Shown: positions 23,941 through 35,509 of the stretch, in pieces | Position numbering within the stretch: the first letter of the stretch is position 1 | Layout of the letters: every line of letters begins with the position of its first letter | DNA from: Azolla caroliniana | Lineage: Eukaryota > Plantae > Polypodiophyta | Assembly (NCBI GenBank): GCA_043228905.1 | Contig: JBHGNT010000011.1 | Location: forward strand, 12,586,001 to 12,650,000 | DNA length: 64,000 bases | Reading direction: 5' to 3' | Notes under the pieces: model-generated | Told to the model about the DNA's origin: nothing | What the model saw: the letters and a program-made list of their open reading frames with translations, nothing else | Database searches by the model: none | Program-made: the position numbers and the translations under genes

Positions 23941-24487
23941 TCTAAGTGTTTCAAATATAGATTTAATACGTATAAAACCTTTATTTTCGCCTACCTTTAT
24001 TAAAAGGTAAGTCATGCATTTTTAGAATGCGTGAAAACTTTATTTATATGTATACTAATAAAATTACGCATGCACATCTAGTGGGCATGAATGCTAAATT
24101 TAGGAAATCGTAGTGGGAAAAGTAAAGCATGCAAATTTAGAGGGCATGAACAGTTTAGAAAAGCAAGAAGTTATGCTTAGCCTCTTTTGTCCTTATATAA
24201 GGAGAGAAAGATGTATAAGGGTTGGTTATTTTTTGGATTAAGTATTGATCAATATAAATAAATAAAAATTATTCGTGGGATTAACGATTTATGCATCTAC
24301 TTCTTTCTTAACAACCTAAGTACCAATTAATATAGTATACTCGTGTGATTCACAAGTTTCTTATCTTTCTCTTTGCTATCTACTCATAATTAATCTCTAT
24401 CTCACAATCTCCTTTCTCCTAGTCCAAAACCCCAGCGGTTCCCACCCGACTCACGTAACGATCTAGCGCCGAGAGGCACGACACAAG

Positions 24488-24505
24488 TGGTGAACCCGAC
24501 GTGAA
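24488..24505 (+). promoter_or_regulatory. PBS complementary to the tRNA-Trp 3' end
   Basis: TGGTGAACCCGACGTGAA is the reverse complement of TTCACGTCGGGTTCACCA, the plant tRNA-Trp 3' end as I recall it. Confidence 0.85.
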
Positions 24506-24521
24506 GACGGGTGGCAAGGAG

Positions 24522-27500
24522 ATGGAGAATCAACAAGCTAACAATATGATGGCGATGTTCGAGCGGATGCTACGAGAACAACGCGCGATGTCAGAGATTT
24601 CGGCAGCAGTAGAGCGGCTCGTGCAACGCAACGGGCAATTCAACGGTAAGGATGTGTCGCGATATTTGCAGGACTACAAGGTAGAGATGCTCTGGTGCCG
24701 GATTTCGGAAGGACTGCAAGTGACATCCTTCAACCGGTGGCGACCGACGGGCTTCAAGGGAGTATCCACGGGTTACAACAGCAAAATCTGACGTGGGAAG
24801 TATTTGAAGAAGCGTTAAAGACCACATTCGCCATCGAGGACTCCTCCAAGGCAACGCGGAGGGGATTCGAAGATTGGGTGGAAACGCCAGGTAAGGGGTT
24901 GAAGGTCCTCGAAGTGTATTCGTCATTCGAAAGTCGGTTCGGGGGGTTGTCCGCGAGAGATCAAACTATTCTTGCATCGGACAAAGTCATCATGTTTTTG
25001 CGATCTGTGGACGTCCGGGACCGGAAAGATCTCGGAATGCTTCTGGAGGACACGACCACCGAAAGCGGCCTCACCGAAACGTGGGAAAGCGTGCGGGATA
25101 TCGTCGCGCGATATGTGAAGAGGGGGCAGTGGCTTGCTAATGAAGAGAAGAGGGTTTCGGAACCGATTCCGAAACCGAGATCCGGATTGGAGGACCATCA
25201 ACTGTGGGCTTGAGAGACTACGACCGAGAAGGGGATTGACACAACCACGGTGGAGCAATTGCTGAAAGATATGGAGAATCTGAAAATCGCGATGGTGAAG
25301 AAGTCGGGAGACCATCCCACAAACTCCAAGTATATGGACCGTCGATTTATATGGTGTGATAGCACCGAACACGATCGGAGGGATTGCGACGAGCACAAGG
25401 AGGCGTTACGACAGGATCTTATCTACTATGAGGGAAATCAGATTCATTCAATGGACTCTCGGAAGCCACTCCGACCGAACTTCCGGAAAGGCGGCATGAA
25501 GAAGGTTCTAGAGGAGGAAATAACGGCAAAAGGTAATTATGCGACAACCGTGGGAATAAGTGTGGGTGAGTCGTTGGGAGCAAAGGCGTCTTTTTGGTCG
25601 GATATGCTAGAAAACCCCAAGAAAACCGACTCCAATGAGATCCGAAGCACCACGAAAGGCATCCGTGAAGCTATAGGATGGGAGTGCCCCGTGGATAAGA
25701 ATAGTGTGTTTGCTTTATGCCAATTGCATGAAGTGTATGTAGATGAGAAGCGACGACGCACGGATGAGGCGGCCGGTCCATCGAAGACACTGGAAAGCTG
25801 GAACTCTGGAGGTAAGGGAAAAGAAAAGATGATTCCGGCATTCAAGCTCGTCTCGGACATCGAACAACAAACGGACTTGAAAAAGGTGTTCGAGGAGAGA
25901 ATCCTCAATAGCCGGGTAGATTTTTCACTTCGAGAATTACTCGGAATAGCGAAGAAGGAGTTCCACGATCTTCTTGTGGATCTCGTGAAGAGAAAAAGGC
26001 AAAGTACGGAGGAGAATGCTCCAAGGGTGAATGCAAATACCGTTCTAATGAATCACACCGAATTGGAGGATGAAATACCGAATTCTCACTACATAAAACC
26101 ACACTAGGCACGCGCAACTACGGAGACTCCGGTCCGAATCAGTAACATCAAAGAGCCCGTGCTAGCATTGATTGATCACGGATCGGAGATCAACTTGATG
26201 TCCAAGGAGTTCTACGGAAGGGTAAATGGCCTATTAACACGAATCATGGGTGGAAGATCCGAGCAGCCACTAAAGCAACAGAAGAACTATTTGCGGCTTG
26301 TCCGGATGTGATGGTGAAGATCGGGGATATGGAGATAGACCAAAATTTCTTCGTGCAAGATGAGGTTTCACACTCCGCGATCCTCGGGCAACCCTTTATC
26401 ATGGCTTCACGGATGGAGACAAAGGTGCTCGATAGCGGTGTGGCTTTTGCACGAATTCGGAGCCAAAACGAAGGGAAATCCGTTAAATTCCTAATTGTGC
26501 CGGAAAATCATGAAAGGAACAAGTGGGAGCTCTTGTCCCAAACGAAGATGGATTTTTAGATCGCACTGTTGCGGAGTGGGGAAGTGATAGTCCGAGAAGC
26601 CTTGATACCCCACACAGGAAGAAGACTCTCGGAGCAAAACAAGTACGAATCGGTCCGGAAGGGGCATCAACGTACGTAGCCGTAGCCGGAGGAATGAAGA
26701 AAGAATACCGAAAGGTAGAGAGTAAGTTACGGTCGGCATCAATAATAAAAGAAGATGAGGAGAAGGTGGCGATGGGGATTCTAGAGCCATCAAATGCTCC
26801 GTACTCAAATCGTTAGTTTACGGTTCTAAAGAAGAATGGGTCACTCCGATTTATTCAAGATTTGCAACCGGTGAACAAGGTCACGATCCGGAACTCCAGA
26901 GTCAGTCCGATACTAGACAAATTTGCGGAAGCATTTGTCGGTCGCGCGATATACTCCATCAGAGACCTATACTCCGGATATGACCAATTCCAACTAGCTG
27001 TGAAGAGCCAAGACATCACTACCATGCAGATACCGATAGGATTAGTCCGGATGTGTACGCTACCACAAGGCGCGACGAACTCGGTTGCACATATGATGAA
27101 TGCGATGAACAAGGTGCTTCGAGACTGCATTCCGGAGATAACAATGCCGTTCCTAGATGACATTCCAATGAAAGGATGCGCGGTAGAAGAAAAAGATGAA
27201 ACTATGGATGATCGGGGATGTCGAAAGTTCGTAGTTGACCATATTCGCGATTGCGAGAAAGTGCTTCGAAAGTTAGAAGATGTGCACCTAACACTTTCCG
27301 GTGAGAAATCGGCATTCGGGCAAGAAGAAATATTGGTAGTCGGACATCTATGTGGGCCCTATGGCCGAAGACCGTCACCAACCAAGATCGACGCGATTCA
27401 AGCTATGAAAGAAGTATGCGAGTCACAATCCGAAGTTCGAAGGTTTCTTGGAACATATGAATTCTACCACATATGGATTCCGCACTATGCACATATAGCG

Positions 27501-29603
27501 GACCCACTCTATCACTTGTTGCGGAAGGGTAAGAAGTTTGAATGGAAACCGGAGCATACCAAAGTCGTGAAGAAGCTCAAGAAATCACTACGCAGGGCAA
27601 AAGCACTAAAGAAGCCGAACTATGACCGACCGATCATAGTAACTGTTGACACAAGTCCAACCGGAATCGGATGGGTCATCAATCAAGCCGATCCGGAAGG
27701 TTCGCGATATCCGATCCGATTCGGAGCAAAGGTTCTCAACGAAAGGCAACGCGGATATGCACAAGTTAAAAGAGAATTATGGGGAATCGTGTCGGCAATC
27801 AAATCGGATCGAGATTATTTGATCGGAGCCGAAGTAGTGATCGAAACGGATTGTCTTCCGATACTCGGGATGATGCGGTGTTGCATGATACCGGATGTGG
27901 CTATGCTAAGATGGATTGCATATGTTAAGTCGCTTAATCCGGAGGTACGACACATCTCCGGAAAAGACAACGCGGTAGCGGATATGTTATCAAGGGCGCG
28001 GTTCGGAGATAACATAACCGAATCCGATAATGAAGAAGTTTCCAAAGACTACTTTGCTTTGGAGCACATATGCCGGGTGAACATAATCAAAGAATTCCGG
28101 GAAGAAGAATACGAGGGAGAAAGCTTGCTGATCGGGAAAGTGCTACAAGAAATCGAGGAATCATCGGACAATAAAGAGAAGAGAGCTAAGATCTGAAGTA
28201 AGAAGCGGCAAGTCCGAAAGTTCTTCTTGAAAAATGGATTACTATGGAGGGAGCCGAAAAGACCGGATGGCATACCACTTCGAGTAGTCGGGACAAAAGA
28301 GAAACGAAACCAGGTCATGTCCGAATTTCACGAATCTGATTGGGTTGGACATCGGGGAACATGGGCAACATTTGGGAAGATCAAGCAAAGATATTGGTGG
28401 AAGAATATGTACAAAGATGTCGCGGAGTTCACAGAAAGCTGCGAGAAGTGTCAAATCTACTCCGGAGTTCGACACCGAGATGAGTTACATCCGACATTCT
28501 CACCGACAATCAACTTCAAATGGATGGTTGACATTGTAGCCATGCCAACCGGGATCGGACAAAAGAAGTACTTGGTGTTAGCTCGGGAAGATCTCACAAA
28601 TCAAGTAGAAGGTCAGGCGCTACGAAGGAAAACGTGTTCTGCGGTATGTCAATTTCTTTTGGAAGAAGTGTTTTGCAGGTACAGGTGTGTAGGACAAATG
28701 ATTGCGGATCGAGGAGAACTTGACTCTGATAAAGCTAGGGGATTCTTCGCCAAACATGGAGTTTGGTTAACACTAACAACGGCATACAATCCGGAAGCCA
28801 ACGGGAAGGTCGAGCGAGGACATAGTCCGATCGTCAAAGCACTTGCCAAAGCATGCGACGGAAGGGTGATGGATTGGCCGCAGATGCTCCCGTATGCACT
28901 ATGGGCGGATCGGATGACGCATAGCTCCGTAACCGGTTATATGCCGACAAAACTTATGACCGGACAAGCACCGGTAATGCCGACGGAAACCGCAATCGCG
29001 ACATGGACAATGCTACCGTGGAAGGAAGAGATGAGCCGGGAAGAACTACTAGCAGTCCGGATACGACAACTGGAGGGAAGACCGGAAGATGTAGCGGAAG
29101 CGTCACGCCGACAACAAGAAGCGCGACTCCGGAACAAAAGCCGGTTCGACACCAAACACTAACTATGACCACGGAAAATTAAAGAAGGAGATTGGGTGAT
29201 TGTTTATGATAGTAGTTTGGATCATCAACATACAACGATACAGAAGTTCGCAAAAAGGTGGTTTGGCCCATATGAGGTTCGGAAAGTTTTCGACAACGGA
29301 ACTTACCAACTAAGTGAGTTGGATGGAACAATACTACGAGTGCCTATAGCAGGGAAACGGGTGAAGATCTTCAAGAAGCGGACTAACAATGAATCTTATG
29401 TAGCCATAGACGAGACCGACAATGAGGAGCAACCGGACAAACATCGCGGTGATGCGGATAGCGAAGAAAGTGGACTTCAACTCGTAGTCGACATAAGGGA
29501 AGATTCGGAGAGCGATACGGATGGAGGCGAATATGGAACATCGGGAACTTCGGCACATACCGGAGGATGTGCGGGTTTAAAGGGGGTGAGTGTCGTAGTG
29601 TAA
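24522..29603 (+). pseudogene. D gag-PR and RT-RH-IN coding region, disrupted
   Basis: ORF fragments 24501-26559 (gag, PR) and 26523-29603 (RT, RH, IN). Confidence 0.9.
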
Positions 29604-32600
29604 TTTACACACTACGTGGAAATTGCATTTTGTCCATCCGGATAGAGAATGAAATACCCGGTGAGAACCGGACGAAGAGAAACCGGCAAGGAGGAATCGG
29701 CAAGGAAGAACCGGATGAAGAAGGCCGGTGAGAGTCTCTTACGGGATGTAGAGACACAATTGTAAATAAAAGAAACATTAAATTTTTTGTTACATGCTTA
29801 GGGTAGGATTCAAACCCTATACCTCCATGCAAACAAACTCCGACCTTACCATTATACTAACTTATTCTGAGTGTTTCAAATATAGATTTAATACATATAA
29901 AACCTTTATTTTCGCCTACCTTTATTAAAAGGTAAGTCATGCATTTTTAGAATGCGTGAAAACTTTATTTATATGTATACTAATAAAATTACGCATGAAT
30001 GCTAAATTTAGGAAATCATAGTGGGAAAAGTAAAGCATGCAAATTTAGAGGGCATGAACAGTTTAGAAAAGCAAGAAGCTATGCTTAGCCTCTTCCGTCC
30101 TTATATAAGGAGGAGAGAAAGATGTATAAGGGTAGGTTATTTTTTGGATTAAGTATTGATCAATATAAAAAGAAATATTATTCGTGGGATTCACGATTTA
30201 TGCATCTACTTCTTTCTTAACAACCTAAGTACCAATTAATATAGTATACTCGTGTGATTCACGAGTTTCTTATCTTTCTCTTTGCTATCTACTCGTAATT
30301 AATCTCTATCTCACGATCTCCTTTCTCCTAGTCCGACTCGACTCACGTAACGATCCGGCGCCGAGAGGCACGACAACGTATCCTCAAAGCATGTCCTCAA
30401 TAATTTGATTTACTTGTTCTGTCTGTCCATCGGATTGAGGATGATCCGTGGAGGTCATGCTCAATGTAGTTTCTAACTTCTTAAAGACTTGTGTCTAGAA
30501 GTCACTAGTAAACTTTGGATCTCGATCACTCACGATATCCATCAGTAACCCATAAAAACGAAATAACTTGTCAACCAATTGGTAAGCCAATTCAGGAGCA
30601 GTTACCGTGGTTTTTGTAGCAATAAATCTGGCCATTTTAGTTAGTCTATCAACCACAACCCAGATGGCATCATGACCTTTTTGGGTGCGAGGAGGGCCAA
30701 CAATAAAATCCATGGATATACTTTCCCACTTATTATTGGGAATGTCCAAGGGATGTAAAAGTCTTGCGGCTTTAAGTCACTTGACTTTGTAACCTGACAT
30801 TGGTGACATTTAGTCACATAGCTATGTATGTCAGGGTGCATCTTAGGCCAATAGAATTAAGTGGAGATGAAAACAAGTGTACGATGTATTCCAGGGTACC
30901 CCGCAAAGAGCGCATCATGGCATTAAAAAAGAATTCTCTTTTTTACCTCAGGCAAATCTGGAACACAAACCTTCCCATTACGGTAGAGCAGATCGTTAGC
31001 AATGTGGAAGTATTCCTTCGAGGATGTGGTGGTGTCTAATCCAGCCTCAACTCTTGCCCAATATTTTGAAAAATAACTGTCATCAGGATACTTTCCTCGA
31101 AGGTGATCATAAAGATCTAATGTTATTTCAGTGAAGCTAAGCATGTTAACTTCACGGATGCGACTTAGTGCATCAGCAACAGTGTTCATGGAACCTTTAC
31201 GATATCGTATGGAAAAATCAAAGTCCTGGATGAGATCAGCCCATCGTGCCTTACGACCTTTGTTAGGATCTCGGTCCCTCCGGATGGGATACGAAGGCCC
31301 GACATCGGAAGACCCGGTGAGAACCGGATGTGGAGTACCCAGAACCGGATGATGCAGACCTGGTGAGAACCGGATGACGAGTACCGGGCAAGGAAGACCC
31401 GGTGAGAACCGGATGTTGCAGGCCCGGTGAGAACCTCTCATCGGATGAAGGGACATATATGAAGATATGTTTCTGAGAGCCCATTGGGCCTATATCTGTA
31501 AATAGTCCTAATGTCATATTAGTATAAATGTGACCTAGGGCAAGCAATGTTTTTTTATGGGGGGGATCATAGTTGCTGTTATTATCTTTGTATAGTGTAA
31601 TTGGTATAACGATTGTACTGAGAGAGAGAGAGAGCGATACAGAGCATGTCTCTGTTGTAACCGCCGTCGGGCGAAGATTGTGAGCAAGAGGTCGTTGCCT
31701 CTGTGCTCTCTGTTGTACTCCTTGACATAGTGATAGTTTGGAGTCTGTGGACTCCCATGGTTTTTCCCTCTCAGGGTTTTCCACGTTAACATCTTGTGTA
31801 TTCTCTTTCTGTTTGTGTACTTACCTCCATTCCCATTTCTTCTGTGTTTGATTGTCATCAAGTGATCTATGCTTCGATTGTGGCCGGAGATTATTCCGCA
31901 TATTTCTCGTCAAACTGGTATCAGAGCAAAACGACACAGAAAAATGGACGATTCGTTGGGAGGCATGTTCAAGCTCACCGACTCCAACTACTCAGTGTGG
32001 AAGTCGAAGATGAGGGACATGCTCGTGGTTAAAGATCTTTGGTTACCGGTTCAGTTCGGGGACAAGAGACCGGACAAAATCGATGCCACGATATGAGAGG
32101 TGATGCACATGAAGACAACGGCATACATACGGTACTTCATCGACATGAGTTTATACAACAACTTCAATGAAGAGAGCAAGGCTCATGAGCTCTGGGAGAA
32201 GATCAGCATTATGTTTCAGAACAGAAATGTTGTTAATCAGGTTTCGATATTTCGGAAGCTAGTAAGACTTCGGTACCAAGATGGCTCCGGCATGGCGGAG
32301 CACATGAATGCCTTCCAGGGGCTGATCCACCAGGCAACATCATTGGAAGTACCTCTCGCTGATGAGGTATTAGCACTACTCCTGCTCGGTTCCCTCCCAG
32401 ATAGTTGGGAGACGTTGGTTGTCACTTTGGGCAACGCCGGGCTGGAAGGGAAACAATTATCCCTAGCAAGAGTGAAGCTGAGCTAGCTAGATGAGGAGGC
32501 GCGTCGGAAAGACAAGGATACGAGCTCTGACTCCAAAGCGCTCCTTACCGAATCGGAATGCGGAAGACAAAGGGACCGTAGTCCCCAGAACTGAGAAAAG

Positions 32601-33794
32601 TCCGGGACACGGTCAAAGTCAAGGGGGAGGCCTACTTGCTTCTATTGCGGCAAGCCGGGACACTTCCAGAAGAACTATCGGCACTTCAGAAAAGACAAGG
32701 AAACCGACGGTACCGATTCGAAGCGGACACCGGACCGGAACGGTAAAGACCGAAGGGGACCGGACCGGAAGGGAACAACGGCAATCGCGGCAAGTGAAGA
32801 AGAGTTGATGCTCATCACCGAGGAGAGTGAGTTGAACCTTGCCGGCGACGAGAGAACATGGGTTGTCGATTCCGGAGCATCGTTCCACCTTACCCCGGAC
32901 CGGAAATGCTTCTCATCCTACACAACAGGTGATCATGGCTGTGTCCGGATGGGGAATGAAGGTACATGCCGAATTGTTGGCATAGGAGACGTGTGGTTGA
33001 CAACACCAACCAGATGCAAGCTACTACTAAAGGATGTCTGACACGTTCCGGAGGTTCGACTGAACCTGATATCAGCCAGTCAGCTAGATGATGAAGGCTA
33101 CACGGGTAGCATTCGGAACGGAGTCATGAAATTCAGCAAAGGGAGCCTAATAGTGGCTTGGGCCCGGAAGGTCAACACGTTATACCTGATGAATGCCCGG
33201 TTATGCCCGGAAGAAGTGAACAGGGCTTCCGACACTACTGGTGAGCTATGGCACAAGAGACTGTGTCACATGAGCGTGAAGGGGATGAAGAGGCTTGCCG
33301 ATGACAACCTCATTCTGGTGAAGAACGTGCATCTTGAGAGGTGCACCGACTGCCTAGCCGGTAAGCAAAACCGGACCTCCTTCCAATCAAGGCCACCGAT
33401 GAGACATAATGCACCATTGGAGTTGGTGCATACCGATGTGTGCCATGCCGGAGCGCAGTACTTCGTGACGTTCATAGATGACCACAACATGAGGCTGTGG
33501 GCCACACCGTTGAAGATGAAGGATCAGATGTTATCTGTCTTTAAGGAGCTCCACGCAAGAGTGGAAAGAGAAACCGGACGGAAGCTTAAGGCGGTTCGAG
33601 CAGATAACGGAGGGGAATACCGGGGGCAGTTTGAGGAGTACTGCCACTTGAAGGGAATCCGGCTCGAATTGACTGTGCCGAAGACGCCGGAACTAAATGG
33701 GCTAGCCGAGAGGATGAACCGGACCATAATGGAGAGGGTCCAGAGTATGCTAGCACATGCTAAACTACCCAATGTCATGAACCCATGACCATTA

Positions 33795-33864
33795 TGGTGT
33801 CACCCGGACTTGAACCTCGAACCTTGTAATCCATACTTGAAAACCTCAACCATTAAGATAGCTT
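33795..33864 (-). other. tRNA-like cassette in the E LTR ending in ACCA (copy at ~39114-39183)
   Basis: Minus strand TATCTTAATGG ... GAGGTTCAAGTCCGGGTGACACCA. Confidence 0.6.
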
Positions 33865-33929
33865 ATTGTTATATGAAACAATAAAAGCTACTTCTTGTAT
33901 TACATTGATTATTGTAAAACCTCTAGATT

Positions 33930-33995
33930 ATTCTAGAATGTTCAAGAATGTCCTAGAGCATTCTAGGTCTAGAACATTCTAGAACATTCTAGAAA
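33930..33995 (+). promoter_or_regulatory. Heat-shock element arrays in the E 5' LTR
   Basis: TTCtaGAAtgTTCaaGAA (33931-33948) and GAAcaTTCtaGAAcaTTCtaGAA (33972-33994), ~25 bp upstream of TATAAATA (~34020). Confidence 0.8.
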
Positions 33996-34218
33996 TCTCT
34001 AAGCTATTCTATAGGAACCTATAAATAAGGGCATACATGTATTATCAAATCAATTCGAATCAACACCAGTCTTTAGCTCTCATTACATATCTTGTATCCA
34101 TTCTCTTTCTTTCTCTATCTTATACATCCATTCTTCTCTTAGTATTTTGTTCCTTTCTTCTCGTGTTCTCTAATATCCTTCTTCCATCACTCTATCTTTT
34201 ATCCTTGGTTCTGACAGT

Positions 34219-34230
34219 TTGATTCGAATT
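34219..34230 (+). promoter_or_regulatory. Self-priming PBS of E
   Basis: TTGATTCGAATT is complementary to AATTCGAATCAA at 34052-34063, ~30 nt after the TATA. Confidence 0.8.
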
Positions 34231-35431
34231 CTCTCTCTCTCTCTCTCTCTCTCTTATCCTCCTTTGTAACCATCCTGAAACCATGGCTGCCATTAACTCA
34301 AAAGAATATCTCACCCTTGTTGCAAAAATGGAGAACCTTAAATCCAAGTTCGCATCTCTTGAAGTAGAGAATCAACGTCTACTTGGGGATCTACAAAAGG
34401 TTACTATAGAGAAGCAACAACAACAAGAGGAGTTCACGCGACGAGTGCAACAATTAGAGTCGACAATCGTAGTGTTACAACAACAAAGGGTTGAAGGTCA
34501 CGGACTTATCAAGGAGCCCAAAATTAGCCTCCCAGCTAAATTTGATGGGTCAAGGGCGCATTTCCGAGGTTTCTTGAATCAAGTACGGTTGGTGATTCAA
34601 ATGCATCCCGCGCATTATCCAACAGATGCATCACGAGTCGGGCTAGTGGGCACCTTATTGACTAGCATAGCATTGTCGTGGTTTGCTCCATTGCTAGAGA
34701 CCAATTCTCCTCTACTGAATAATTTCGAGGAATTTATCAAGGAATTTAAGGCTTGTTTCAGAGATACTGATGGGGCGAGAACAACTATCAACAAGATTCG
34801 TACACTTCGTCAAGGTGATCAACCAGCTTCGACATGCTGCCAATTTCCGTCTCATCACAAGAGATATTCCTTGGGATGAACAAGCCCTAATGGAGCAATT
34901 CCGTTCAGGCCTTTGTAGTGATGTCAAAGACTTACTTCCTACCTTCCCCGAGGATCCAAGGTCACTTACAGAAGCTATTAGTCGAGCAATACGGTGTGAT
35001 AATCGCCTTTTTGAACGTCGATGTGAGCGACAACAACAAATAACAAGATCAAGATTCACACCAACTTATGCATCAGTAACGGCGCAATCATCCCCAAGGC
35101 AAATGTATAGCCCTGCTCCAACTCCAAGGCAAACACGTAGTCCAGTCCCAATGGATAGTCCTGCACCCATGGAGATCGATATGACTCAACAACGAGGGCC
35201 ATTGTCAGACGAAGAGAAGCAACGTCGTCGAGCAAACCATCTATGCTTATATTGCGGAGGTTCAGGACATATAGCCATTCATTGCTCCCGTAAGCCGAGA
35301 CGTCAAGTAAATCAAATTCACTATGACAATAAAAATGAGTCCAACATTTTAGAAGCAGTTAGTGAATCTAATATTATGAATAATCCACCCTTGTCAAATA
35401 AATTTGAAGTCCTAAGCCAATTAGAAGAGGA

Positions 35432-35509
35432 GTCAAACGAATAAGTCCGGCCAAAATAGGAGCCATTTGGTTGGACAACCCTAGATATGTACAACCTAGT
35501 GTGGGTTCC
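35432..35509 (+). other. Predicted -1 frameshift signal (slippery site plus pseudoknot) in E
   Basis: G_TCA_AAC, 6-nt spacer, 11-bp stem, loop GGAGCC pairing with GGTTCC at 35504-35509; the protease ORF is in the -1 frame. Confidence 0.7.

Larger units (their letters stand above)
23666..30375 (+). mobile_element. Non-chromoviral Ty3/Gypsy element D with tRNA-Trp PBS and 4-bp TSD
   Basis: LTRs 23666-24483 and 29591-30375 (TGTCG...CGACA); TSD ACGT; PR LIDHGSEIN; RT LPQGATNS/PFLDDI; RH VDTSPTGIG; IN ADRGE/AYNPEANGKVER; GPY motif; no chromodomain. Confidence 0.95.
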
